Positions 1 to 7,836 of a DNA stretch of 27,133 nucleotides are shown here, one piece after another. The stretch lies in assembly GCA_050010515.1 (NCBI GenBank), contig JBEKKX010000034.1, positions 1 to 27,133 on the forward strand. Reading direction: 5' to 3'. Under the pieces are notes generated by a model, which made no database searches, was not told the origin of the DNA, and saw only the letters and a program-made list of their open reading frames with translations. How positions within the stretch are numbered: position 1 is the first letter of the stretch; each line of letters opens with the position of its first letter. The stretch is from Candidatus Bathyarchaeia archaeon (GTDB taxonomy: Archaea > Thermoproteota > Bathyarchaeia > Bathyarchaeales > Bathycorpusculaceae). The translations under genes and the position numbers were made by a program.

Positions 1-119
1 GAGCATTGGAGCTTCATACGCTACTACAATTACGTAAGGCCTCATGAAGGAATAGACTATTTAACTCCAGCGGAAATATACCTCAAAGAGAAAGTGTAAG
101 GCTATTTCTAGATAGAACA
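1..119 (+). mobile_element. Right end of an IS481-like insertion sequence (transposase C-terminus plus right terminal inverted repeat)
   Basis: Frame 1 reads EHWSFIRYYNYVRPHEGIDYLTPAEIYLKEKV* (stop 97-99), containing the YNxxRPH..TP tail of IS3/IS481 DDE integrase-core transposases. It is followed by GTGTAAGGCTATTTCTAGATAGAACA (94-119), ending in ACA and overlapping the stop, as typical for IS481 ends. Confidence 0.8.
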
Positions 120-249
120 ACCAGCAAACTAGCGTTATCCAACTACTTTTTAGGGCTCAGCCGAAAAAGCCTACGTGAGAACATCGTTGGCTCGTTCGCA
201 GCTTCGTTACCATCTACAAATGCATTGCTTAGTGGCGAGATAACATAAG

Positions 250-381
250 TCAACTCAGTGCCTTGCTAAAATTGAATACAATCAAGCAGACTTTTTCGAG
301 TAAAAACAACAATGTTATTGCTGTCGCTACCATTATTATGACCTTAGAAATTAGGACTGACGGAAACTCTGGCGGATTGGA
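250..381 (-). pseudogene. Possible orphan PEF-CTERM-like sorting-signal remnant
   Basis: The minus-strand ORF contains PPEFPS followed by a hydrophobic stretch (VLISKVIIMVATAITLLFLL). A shifted frame gives IVVFTRKS. No upstream ectodomain is visible. Confidence 0.3.
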
Positions 382-489
382 TTTGGAAAAATTTATTCGT
401 GGTTTATGGGTCTTTACCGCAAAGAATAAATCGTTAGTCAAACAAGTTCCTCCACCACTAGCTTCGCTGCAACCATATGGAGAAAGCCA

Positions 490-1464
490 ATGAAGCTACT
501 GCTATCCAAAAAAGGGGCAATCGCCTTAGTTATCCTCCTAGCAGTACTGCTGAACTTGAGTATTTTTTGTTTCGCGTATCCTCAAACGTTTAAGCCAGAA
601 TCGCCTACTCTTGCGAGAGATTTTTCAGCTTACTACAATGGGGAATGGCGTTTGTTCCATAATCCAACCGAAATCTATGTTGGAGGTACTCAGCCCGGCG
701 ATTATCCGTTTTCTCAACAGCCACAAACTTTCAAGTATGCTCCTTCCTTTCTGATACTTTTGGCGCCATTTCTAACCTTAAGCTACCAGAACGCGCTTAA
801 CGCTTTTGACATAATACAATTTCTTTCAATTCTATTTTTGGCTTTCTTTGTCTACAAACTTGTTGAAAACAAAAACCTCTTTCTCGCCGCTATAGTTGCA
901 GTAATTGTTTTGGTTGATCCACTGCTTTTTTCGCCTTCAGCAAGTTACTCTGCCGCTAACTTTCTCCATTACCGTATCATAAGCTTGCATGTCCAGACTT
1001 TCTCGCCAAGTTACTACTGTGGATATCTCTTAGCAAATGCCCACATCCTCCAAACAGTCTTATTAGTAGGCGCTTTGTATTTTGGGTTCGCCAAAAAACC
1101 ATGGCTGTCAGCGTTGTTGTTCGCGTTCGGCGCATTCGACCCACGGGGCGCACTTCTTGCATTGCCACTGCTATTGTGGTACAATAGACACTCGATATGG
1201 GCATTCATTGCGGGATCCGCTGCTTTTCTTGCGGCTACAAATCTCCCATTCTTCTTCTATTACGGTATAGGCTTTGCATTCTTGAAGACAGAAACTAATG
1301 GATCAGTAGTCTCACAAATGTACCTGTATGATTGGATTCCGCTTTTTTCAATCGCCTCACTAACCATACTTGAAATAATAACGGTCCTGTACAATCGAAA
1401 GATTCACTTTAGTTTTCCGCTAAACTTGAAAACTGAGAAATTAGAAAACCAGAAAAAACAATGA
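490..1464 (+). CDS. GT-C fold membrane glycosyltransferase, GT87/DUF2029-like
   Basis: 324 aa, multi-TM. DFSAYY follows the first TM and FKYAPSF lies in the first external loop, as in GT87-type polyprenol-phosphate-sugar transferases. Confidence 0.7.
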   Translation: MKLLLSKKGAIALVILLAVLLNLSIFCFAYPQTFKPESPTLARDFSAYYNGEWRLFHNPTEIYVGGTQPGDYPFSQQPQTFKYAPSFLILLAPFLTLSYQNALNAFDIIQFLSILFLAFFVYKLVENKNLFLAAIVAVIVLVDPLLFSPSASYSAANFLHYRIISLHVQTFSPSYYCGYLLANAHILQTVLLVGALYFGFAKKPWLSALLFAFGAFDPRGALLALPLLLWYNRHSIWAFIAGSAAFLAATNLPFFFYYGIGFAFLKTETNGSVVSQMYLYDWIPLFSIASLTILEIITVLYNRKIHFSFPLNLKTEKLENQKKQ

Positions 1465-1681
1465 GTCGAGTCATGTGCCTGTAACGTACCCAAAGAAAAG
1501 GTAAGCATTTGCTTATATCAGGCACGGTAATCTTTCAAAAAAGTGCACTAAAACTTTAAACATTTCGCAAGTTTATTTTCTTTGATGTTTTAGGACTAAA
1601 CTGTTTGTGTTGAGGGTAAAAGCATATATCTGTTGACTTGTTCTTGTTATTTTTCAACTTCAATGCGAAATAGGCGGAAAT

Positions 1682-2587
1682 ATGGCGTTAGCGGATAAAA
1701 TTCTGAAGCTCAAGAAAGAAAAGAAAGCTGTGATTTTGGCTCATAATTACCAAAGGTCAGAAATTCAAGAAATAGCTGACTACGTCGGCGACAGCATTGA
1801 GCTGAGCCGTAAAGCGGTTGAGGAAAAAGATGCTGAAATGATTGTTTTCTCAGCTGTAGATTTCATGGCTGAATCAGCAGCAATTCTCAATCCAGAAAAG
1901 AAAGTACTTTTGCCATGTTTAGGCGCACGCTGTCCAATGGCGCAGATGCTTACAGTTGATGAGATAAAACGTGCTAAAGCCCAATACCCAAAGGCTCCAG
2001 TAGTGCTGTACGTGAACACTTTGGCTGTGTGCAAAGCCAACTGCGATGTCTGCTGCACCAGCGCCAACGCTGTGGAAGTCATAAAATCTCTCGACGCAGA
2101 CACGATTCTGTTTGGTCCAGACCGCAACCTAGCCGAATACGTTTCTGAGAAAACGGGTAAAACGTTGATTCCGATTCCTGAATGGGGATTTTGCCCAACG
2201 CACCTGCTTTTCCAGCCTGAAGATGTAACAGTTCTAAAGATGCAGCATCCAGACGCGACTGTTATGGTTCATCCTGAATGTAGCTCTGAAATGCGCAAAG
2301 TAGCTGATTACGTTGGCAGCACCTCAAAAATGTGCCGTTACGCAAAAGAATCCAGCGCCAAAGACTTCATAGTTGGAACCGAAGAAGGTATTCTGCACCG
2401 CCTGCGCAAAGAGAACCCTGAGAAAAACTTTTACTTGGCTTATGAAGATGCGATTTGCCCAAACATGAAGCTGACAACGCTTGATCGTCTGTATGTTGCG
2501 TTGAAAGAGGAGAAGAATGTGGTTAAGGTTTCTGAGGCAGTGGCGAAGAAGGCTCGTGCTTCACTTGAGCGGATGTTTGAGGTTTAA
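1682..2587 (+). CDS. nadA: Quinolinate synthase
   Basis: ILAHNYQ, GDS, FMAE, CPMA, YVNT, CTSANA, HPEC, GST and CPNMK motifs; three Fe-S cysteines. Confidence 0.97.
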   Translation: MALADKILKLKKEKKAVILAHNYQRSEIQEIADYVGDSIELSRKAVEEKDAEMIVFSAVDFMAESAAILNPEKKVLLPCLGARCPMAQMLTVDEIKRAKAQYPKAPVVLYVNTLAVCKANCDVCCTSANAVEVIKSLDADTILFGPDRNLAEYVSEKTGKTLIPIPEWGFCPTHLLFQPEDVTVLKMQHPDATVMVHPECSSEMRKVADYVGSTSKMCRYAKESSAKDFIVGTEEGILHRLRKENPEKNFYLAYEDAICPNMKLTTLDRLYVALKEEKNVVKVSEAVAKKARASLERMFEV

Positions 2588-2991
2588 ACGGTTACTATCG
2601 TTGTTTTGAGGATTTTTACTCCTCTTCTGGTTGTTAATTCGTCGCTTAGTTCGCGTATTTCTGATGCTTTCCCTTTAACTGCTATGGCTTCTAAGCAGTC
2701 TCGTTTGCTAATGTGAATATGCATGGTTGATGTAATCAGTGAGGAGTGTTCATGCTGCGTTTCGGTTAGCTCACTTTCAAGTCCTTTCACATCATGATCA
2801 TAAACCATCAGCAAAATACCTGTTTGGATTGTATCTTCTTCCTTGAGCCATTTTCGCTCGGAAACGTACAGTCTTACCGCGTCTTGTATGGCTTTGCTGC
2901 GGCTTTCGTAGCCCATTTTGCCAATGATTTCGTCGAACTCTTTGAGGAGTTCAGGTGGGAACGTTACGCCTATGCGGGTGACTTTTGACAT
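2584..2991 (-). CDS. nikR: Nickel-responsive regulator NikR
   Basis: N-terminal ribbon-helix-helix (RIGVT...GYESRSKAIQDAVR) and C-terminal Ni site residues (QHEH, MHIH, DCLE). Start at 2991 or 2997. Confidence 0.95.
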   Translation of the reverse strand: MSKVTRIGVTFPPELLKEFDEIIGKMGYESRSKAIQDAVRLYVSERKWLKEEDTIQTGILLMVYDHDVKGLESELTETQHEHSSLITSTMHIHISKRDCLEAIAVKGKASEIRELSDELTTRRGVKILKTTIVTV

Positions 2992-3025
2992 GGACATCGC
3001 TGATGAATGTGGGTGTTTTGTACCT

Positions 3026-3039
3026 AAAAGCTTTTATAC
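3026..3039 (+). promoter_or_regulatory. BRE/TATA box of the NiCoT operon
   Basis: AAAAG-CTTTTATAC directly upstream of the NikR operator and about 50 bp before the TTG at 3090. Confidence 0.6.
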
Positions 3040-3040
3040 G

Positions 3041-3076
3041 TTCAGTAACACGATTTATGAGGAAAGTATTACTGAA
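3041..3076. promoter_or_regulatory. NikR operator
   Basis: TTCAGTAACAC-N14-GTATTACTGAA: 11-bp arms with one mismatch. The core GTAACA-N16-TATTAC has the same 28-bp geometry as the E. coli NikR site GTATGA-N16-TCATAC. It lies between divergent nikR and the NiCoT gene. Confidence 0.88.
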
Positions 3077-3089
3077 GGAATTTGCCAAA

Positions 3090-4169
3090 TTGACGGAAAA
3101 AAACTCTGCGTTCGGTCTGTCTCAAAACGAGAAAATCAAGGTAGCTATAATTTTCGCCACTATTCTAACTGTTACCGTGTTTGGTTTTATTGCATCATTC
3201 GTTATTGGAGAAATCGCCGTGGTTCTTGCAGGTCTCGGACTAATATGTTACGTCCTTGGGTTGCGTCACGGTGTTGACGTTGACCACATAGCAGCTATCG
3301 ATAACACGACGCGAAAATTGATTCAGCAAGGGAAGCGTCCCTCTACAGTTGGAATGTGGTTTTCTCTTGGGCACTCCACGATAGTCGTTGGTCTTATAGT
3401 GGGTCTAGTCTTTGCAACGCGGGCTGTTGCAACTAATATTCCTGCTCTTGAAAGTTCAGGTGCAATAATCGGAACCCTAGTATCAGGTGGTTTTCTTTGG
3501 ATTATAGGCTTAATTAACGCTATCATCGTGCTTGGAATTTACAAAGTCTTCCAAGGTCTAAAGCAAGGCAAGTTAAATCAGGATGAACTCGACAATCTGC
3601 TTGACAAACGTGGTTTCATGAATAGGCTTTTCCATCCGCTCTTCAAAATCGTAAGTGAACCTTGGCAGATCTATCCAATTGGTGTACTTTTTGGCTTAGG
3701 ATTTGATACCGCAACCGAAGTTGCCCTCATCGCCATAAGCATAGGAGTAGGCGTTTCCACGAATATTCCTCTGTATTATATTCTGATTCTTCCGTTAATG
3801 TTTACGTGCGGCATGGTTTTGGTAGATACTTCAGATGGCGTTACGATGAGGATAGCTTACGGTTGGGCTTTCTATAACCCCATACGGAAGATATACTATA
3901 ATTTGACAATCACGATCATGTCGGTGCTTGTTGCGTGGGTGATAGGTACCGTGGAGCTTTTGCAGGTGCTTTCAACTGAATTGAACCTTAGCGGGTGGTT
4001 TTGGGGCTGGCTTAATGGGCTGGATTTTGAATCGATAGGTTTCGGTATAGTTCTCATCTTCGTTTTGTCTTGGATGGTTGCCTATGGGTACTGGCGATAC
4101 AAGCGGTATGATAAGCAGTTCCCGCTCAACCAGTCAGGGCAATATTCAATAAACTCCGGCACCAGCTAG
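3090..4169 (+). CDS. High-affinity nickel/cobalt permease, NiCoT (HoxN/HupN/NixA) family
   Basis: Signature GLRHGVDVDHIAAIDN, FSLGHSTIV and GLGFDTATE. The true start is probably TTG 3090 (GAAGGA upstream); the longer ORF from 2985 runs through the promoter and nikR. Confidence 0.95.
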   Translation: MTEKNSAFGLSQNEKIKVAIIFATILTVTVFGFIASFVIGEIAVVLAGLGLICYVLGLRHGVDVDHIAAIDNTTRKLIQQGKRPSTVGMWFSLGHSTIVVGLIVGLVFATRAVATNIPALESSGAIIGTLVSGGFLWIIGLINAIIVLGIYKVFQGLKQGKLNQDELDNLLDKRGFMNRLFHPLFKIVSEPWQIYPIGVLFGLGFDTATEVALIAISIGVGVSTNIPLYYILILPLMFTCGMVLVDTSDGVTMRIAYGWAFYNPIRKIYYNLTITIMSVLVAWVIGTVELLQVLSTELNLSGWFWGWLNGLDFESIGFGIVLIFVLSWMVAYGYWRYKRYDKQFPLNQSGQYSINSGTS

Positions 4170-4182
4170 ACAGCGAAGGAAA

Positions 4183-4620
4183 ATGCTTGAACCAAAAAAA
4201 CTTGCAGCAACCATAGAATTCGCCCGAAAACTACACGGACACGTAGGACCATACTTGGTTATCGGCTTAAAGATGGGTGCTGCAGCCAAAAAAGCCCTTA
4301 ACATCTCCGACACAGAATGCACGCATCTGACGGCAGAAGCTGCTGTACCGTTGCATCCGCCGTTTTCCTGCTTGCTAGACGGCATACAGGTTTCCACAAC
4401 CTGCACAATCGGCAACCAAAGACTCAAAATCAAAAACTCAAAAACCATTCAGGCAACCTTTAGAAGCCAAAAAGACGCAAAGATGGTGAAAATAAAACTT
4501 ACCAAACACTTCCGTGAGCAGCTAGAACAAAAGCAAAAACAAGACACGTTAAACGAAGCGTTCGCTTGGGAACTCGCGGAACTGCCTGAAAATCAACTCT
4601 TCAACATTACCCTTAAATAG
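4183..4620 (+). CDS. FmdE-family (formylmethanofuran dehydrogenase subunit E-like) metal-binding protein
   Basis: LHGHVGPYLVIGLKMG and SCLLDGIQVSTTCTIGN motifs; 13 bp downstream of the NiCoT gene. Confidence 0.88.
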   Translation: MLEPKKLAATIEFARKLHGHVGPYLVIGLKMGAAAKKALNISDTECTHLTAEAAVPLHPPFSCLLDGIQVSTTCTIGNQRLKIKNSKTIQATFRSQKDAKMVKIKLTKHFREQLEQKQKQDTLNEAFAWELAELPENQLFNITLK

Positions 4621-4655
4621 CTGAAACTTTAGTGCTCGCTATTAACCTGTGTTTT

Positions 4656-5081
4656 TTATTGTTTTGGTAGTTTTGTGATTCCTTTTATGTAATCAAAGTG
4701 TTCGTCGAATGAGTATATCTCATCTAAGCCGTTTTGTCTCATAATATCTACAGCTAATGCATCGTTTGCTTCCAGTTTTAGGTCTTCGCCTAGTTCTACT
4801 GCTGCAAAGTATGTGTCTCGGGTCACGTCGATTATTTTCACGTTTTCTAACATGAACAGCCCTCGAATAATATTTGTTAACTGGTCTTGTGGTATGCCAT
4901 GCTTGAGAATATTAACTACTTCTGATACATGGACAACGGTCATCATGACGTTTTCTTTACCCTGTGATACGTTGCTGATTATTTTTTTGGCGTGTTCCTT
5001 CATCTGTTTCTCTTTTTCAGTTAGCTGTTTTTTCGGCTTGTAGTATGCATAGATAAAGATGTTGGCATCCAAGAATCTCAT
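4656..5081 (-). CDS. vapC: VapC PIN-domain toxin
   Basis: MRFLDANIFI, SEV, NDAL and IYSFDEHFD acidic PIN residues; 4-bp overlap with the upstream antitoxin. Confidence 0.92.
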   Translation of the reverse strand: MRFLDANIFIYAYYKPKKQLTEKEKQMKEHAKKIISNVSQGKENVMMTVVHVSEVVNILKHGIPQDQLTNIIRGLFMLENVKIIDVTRDTYFAAVELGEDLKLEANDALAVDIMRQNGLDEIYSFDEHFDYIKGITKLPKQ

Positions 5082-5323
5082 GTGCTTTCCTCGTAGAGTT
5101 TCTTCTCAAACTCTTTCCAGCTTCCTATTGATTCTACGCCTAAATCGACCTTGTCAAAGCACGCGGTCAAATCCACCCGATGCTTAGGAACCAATTTCAA
5201 GTACCCTTTTCTCTTGATGACGTAAACCTCTCTGCTGTCTCCAACTTCAGCTTCCCGCCAATCCGCTGGCAAAATAATGCGCCCCTGAGAATCCACCTTT
5301 TTGACTTCAACACCAAATTTCAC
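5078..5323 (-). CDS. AbrB/MazE/MraZ-like antitoxin
   Basis: KVDSQGRIILPADWRE swapped-hairpin motif, 81 aa, translationally coupled to the PIN gene. Confidence 0.9.
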   Translation of the reverse strand: MKFGVEVKKVDSQGRIILPADWREAEVGDSREVYVIKRKGYLKLVPKHRVDLTACFDKVDLGVESIGSWKEFEKKLYEEST

Positions 5324-5340
5324 AATATTTCACCAAAAAA
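5311..5340 (-). promoter_or_regulatory. Putative autoregulatory direct repeats with 10-bp period
   Basis: CACCAAATTT / CACAATATTT / CACCAAAAAA at 5311, 5321 and 5331, spanning the antitoxin start. Confidence 0.5.
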
Positions 5341-5568
5341 CAGTATGTTATGCCATAAATAAAAGATTATCCCCACAATTTCCTGCGTCTCGCCGTCAAC
5401 CAAAACCTCCTGAAAAGCGCTCTTGCCACAACGAAGTTTTGGGTGGTGTATCGTTGAGATTTAAACCACGCACCAAGTGGTAATATCTAAAACTATTTTT
5501 GAAGCAACCTATAATCTATTGTTTTAATCAATAGTGTGTTTTAGCAGCCCAGCTTTGAAATTAATGAT

Positions 5569-6699
5569 TTAGAAGGCCCACCAGCCTAATGCGAAAAAGA
5601 CTGTGAAATAGCATAAAACCGCTCCCGATGCTATCACAATTGCTATGTTGATGGCTTTTCTGTTTGTGAGTAAGCCAAACAGCATGAATATGGGAAACAT
5701 TGCCATGACGTAGCGAGGAACGCTAATCCACCATGACGTTGAAACGGCGAGTGCCCAAGTAAGAAACATGTAAACTATGTAGACTGGACGCAGACGCCGC
5801 CAAACGCTAACTCCAACCATCAGCAGCCCAAAGACGGCGAAGACTAAGGGCGCGAGGCCAACGGTGATGTTCGCTGGGTAAGATGCAGTCCTTGCCCAGC
5901 TGTAGGCAGCAGTTAACCCGGTCCACGGTTCGAGCTTGTTATTCCAGTGTGTAGCCTCTACTGTTAGGAATGTAAAGGGGTTCCCGGTGACCTGATTATT
6001 TATGCCAAGATAGATGAGGAAACCTGCTAACCCTAAAAGTATCCATAGAATGCTGAGGTCTGTTTTTCTTGGTTTCCAACCCTTTTGGTGAAAATACTCA
6101 ACCAAAAGCACAGGCAACAACAGAAGCCCAGCAATCCGCGTTAAAGCTGCAATTAAGCTGATTAAACCTGCGAACTGCCATTTGCCCAGTCGTGCATAGT
6201 AAATGCTGGCGATCACTAAGGTAAAGAAGAGCCCCTCAGTATAGGGTGCTGAGAGAAAATATGCAGTGGGAAAAACGCTGAGGAAAAGCACCGCTTTCAC
6301 AGCTACGCTATCGTTGAATTCAAGTTTTGCTATCTTATAGAGGTAAAAGAAGGCTATTAGGCTGCAAACGTTTGAGACTATCAGCGCGGAGAGATTGATG
6401 TAGTTAAAATCAAAGGTGAACAAGCGAATCAGGATAGGGTATAATGGGAAAAAGACAATAAAGTTCGCTGCATCGCCAGTGTTGACATACCCGTTCTTTG
6501 CGATGGCAACATAGTGTGGGGCATCCCAGTGGTTGAACATGTTCATAACAATCGTCAGCGGTGGGGCAGGTCCCGTGTTTAGGTATGTTACAACATAGCC
6601 AATTCCAAAAACTAAGATTTTCGCTGATATCACAATGAGGACTGCTAACATTACTGAGTGCGGAATCTTTTGAATCAGGGCTTTAATGTTGAGATTCAC
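5569..6699 (-). CDS. GT-C mannosyltransferase, PIG-V/GT76-like
   Basis: WDAPHYVAIAKNGY, FFPLYP, YTEGLF, TRIAG and PRY motifs; multi-TM. Confidence 0.85.
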   Translation of the reverse strand: MNLNIKALIQKIPHSVMLAVLIVISAKILVFGIGYVVTYLNTGPAPPLTIVMNMFNHWDAPHYVAIAKNGYVNTGDAANFIVFFPLYPILIRLFTFDFNYINLSALIVSNVCSLIAFFYLYKIAKLEFNDSVAVKAVLFLSVFPTAYFLSAPYTEGLFFTLVIASIYYARLGKWQFAGLISLIAALTRIAGLLLLPVLLVEYFHQKGWKPRKTDLSILWILLGLAGFLIYLGINNQVTGNPFTFLTVEATHWNNKLEPWTGLTAAYSWARTASYPANITVGLAPLVFAVFGLLMVGVSVWRRLRPVYIVYMFLTWALAVSTSWWISVPRYVMAMFPIFMLFGLLTNRKAINIAIVIASGAVLCYFTVFFALGWWAF

Positions 6700-6843
6700 T
6701 GCTTGCTTTCCTTCAGCGCTTTTTCAAGTTCACTCGTATACTACTTGACACAGTGATAAAAGTTAATTTTTCCCTTTCAGTGCTCAGAACAGTTTATATC
6801 AAACATTCCTCAAACTAATATTTGTCAAAAGGAGAAAAAACAA

Positions 6844-7170
6844 ATGAGCACTGAACCTTTCCATGTAACAGACGCCAATTTTGAGGAAACAATCAAGAAA
6901 AACAAGATAGTTTTTGTTGATTTCTGGGCTAACTGGTGTGGACCATGCAGAGCTTTAGCTCCAACAATCAAGGAATTAGCACAAGAATACCGTGGAAAAG
7001 CCTTAATTGGCAAACTTGACGTTGACGAGAACCCAGTTACGGCTGAACGCTTCCAAGTTTTCAGCATACCAACAATGATACTTTTCAAAAACGGTTCTGA
7101 AACCGAAAGACTCGTCGGCTTATGCCCAAAAAGCAGAATCGCTGACATACTAAGCAAACATTCAGAGTAG
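6844..7170 (+). CDS. trxA: Thioredoxin
   Basis: VDFWANWCGPC active site and SIPT cis-Pro motif; GGAG ribosome site and TTTATAT box upstream. Confidence 0.97.
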   Translation: MSTEPFHVTDANFEETIKKNKIVFVDFWANWCGPCRALAPTIKELAQEYRGKALIGKLDVDENPVTAERFQVFSIPTMILFKNGSETERLVGLCPKSRIADILSKHSE

Positions 7171-7171
7171 C

Positions 7172-7780
7172 TTAGGCACTTTTCATTTTTTCATACATTT
7201 TCTCAAAAGTCCAGCGGATGCTTGACTTAAGTTCCTTGAGCCGTTCATCATCCACGTTTCTGATTATTATTTCTTTTATCAAGTCTCCCTCACGGACAAT
7301 GTTGTAAGAGAACATTTTATCCGCTGTTAACTGCTTTGTTCTGACTAGCTCGCTGTCTTTCTCTTGCATTTTAGCGAAGATTTTTTCAACAAGAAAATTA
7401 CTGAAAGGCGGAGTATTAACACTGAATTTTTTGCTTTCATCAGGCATCACATGCATCCCCTGTTTATCAAAAATAATCAGCGCCAATGGTTCATCCGTCA
7501 TAGTTTTCAATGGTATAACACTTTCCGGCTCAGGCATGTGCTGAACAGGAGGCTTTAGCGCTTCAGGCTCTTGTTTTGGCAAAATAACCTCTTTTGGCAC
7601 AGGCGCCTCAGGTGCTTCTTTGGTGTCCCCATGCCTGAAGCCCTTCTCAAGCAAAATAGTATTCACTGTATCCAGGGCGGCTTGAACCTCTTTAGATTCA
7701 GCAGTTAATTTTTCCAGTTGCTCTTCCATTCGCTTCTTGAATGCGATGAGTGATTTCATTTTTTCCTGGTCTTGAGCCAA
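7172..7780 (-). CDS. Hypothetical protein (N-terminal coiled coil, Pro/Glu-rich linker, globular C-terminal domain)
   Basis: 202-aa ORF with protein-like composition, co-oriented about 56 bp downstream of lig. Confidence 0.8.
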   Translation of the reverse strand: MAQDQEKMKSLIAFKKRMEEQLEKLTAESKEVQAALDTVNTILLEKGFRHGDTKEAPEAPVPKEVILPKQEPEALKPPVQHMPEPESVIPLKTMTDEPLALIIFDKQGMHVMPDESKKFSVNTPPFSNFLVEKIFAKMQEKDSELVRTKQLTADKMFSYNIVREGDLIKEIIIRNVDDERLKELKSSIRWTFEKMYEKMKSA

Positions 7781-7836
7781 CGTAGTTCACGCACACTGAG
7801 TATTTTAGCGGTTGATGCTTATCAGTTTTAGCTTTT

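Noticed and set aside
2985-3089. N-terminal extension of the NiCoT ORF
   Set aside because: It overlaps the nikR start, the TATA box and the NikR operator; TTG 3090 is the more plausible start.
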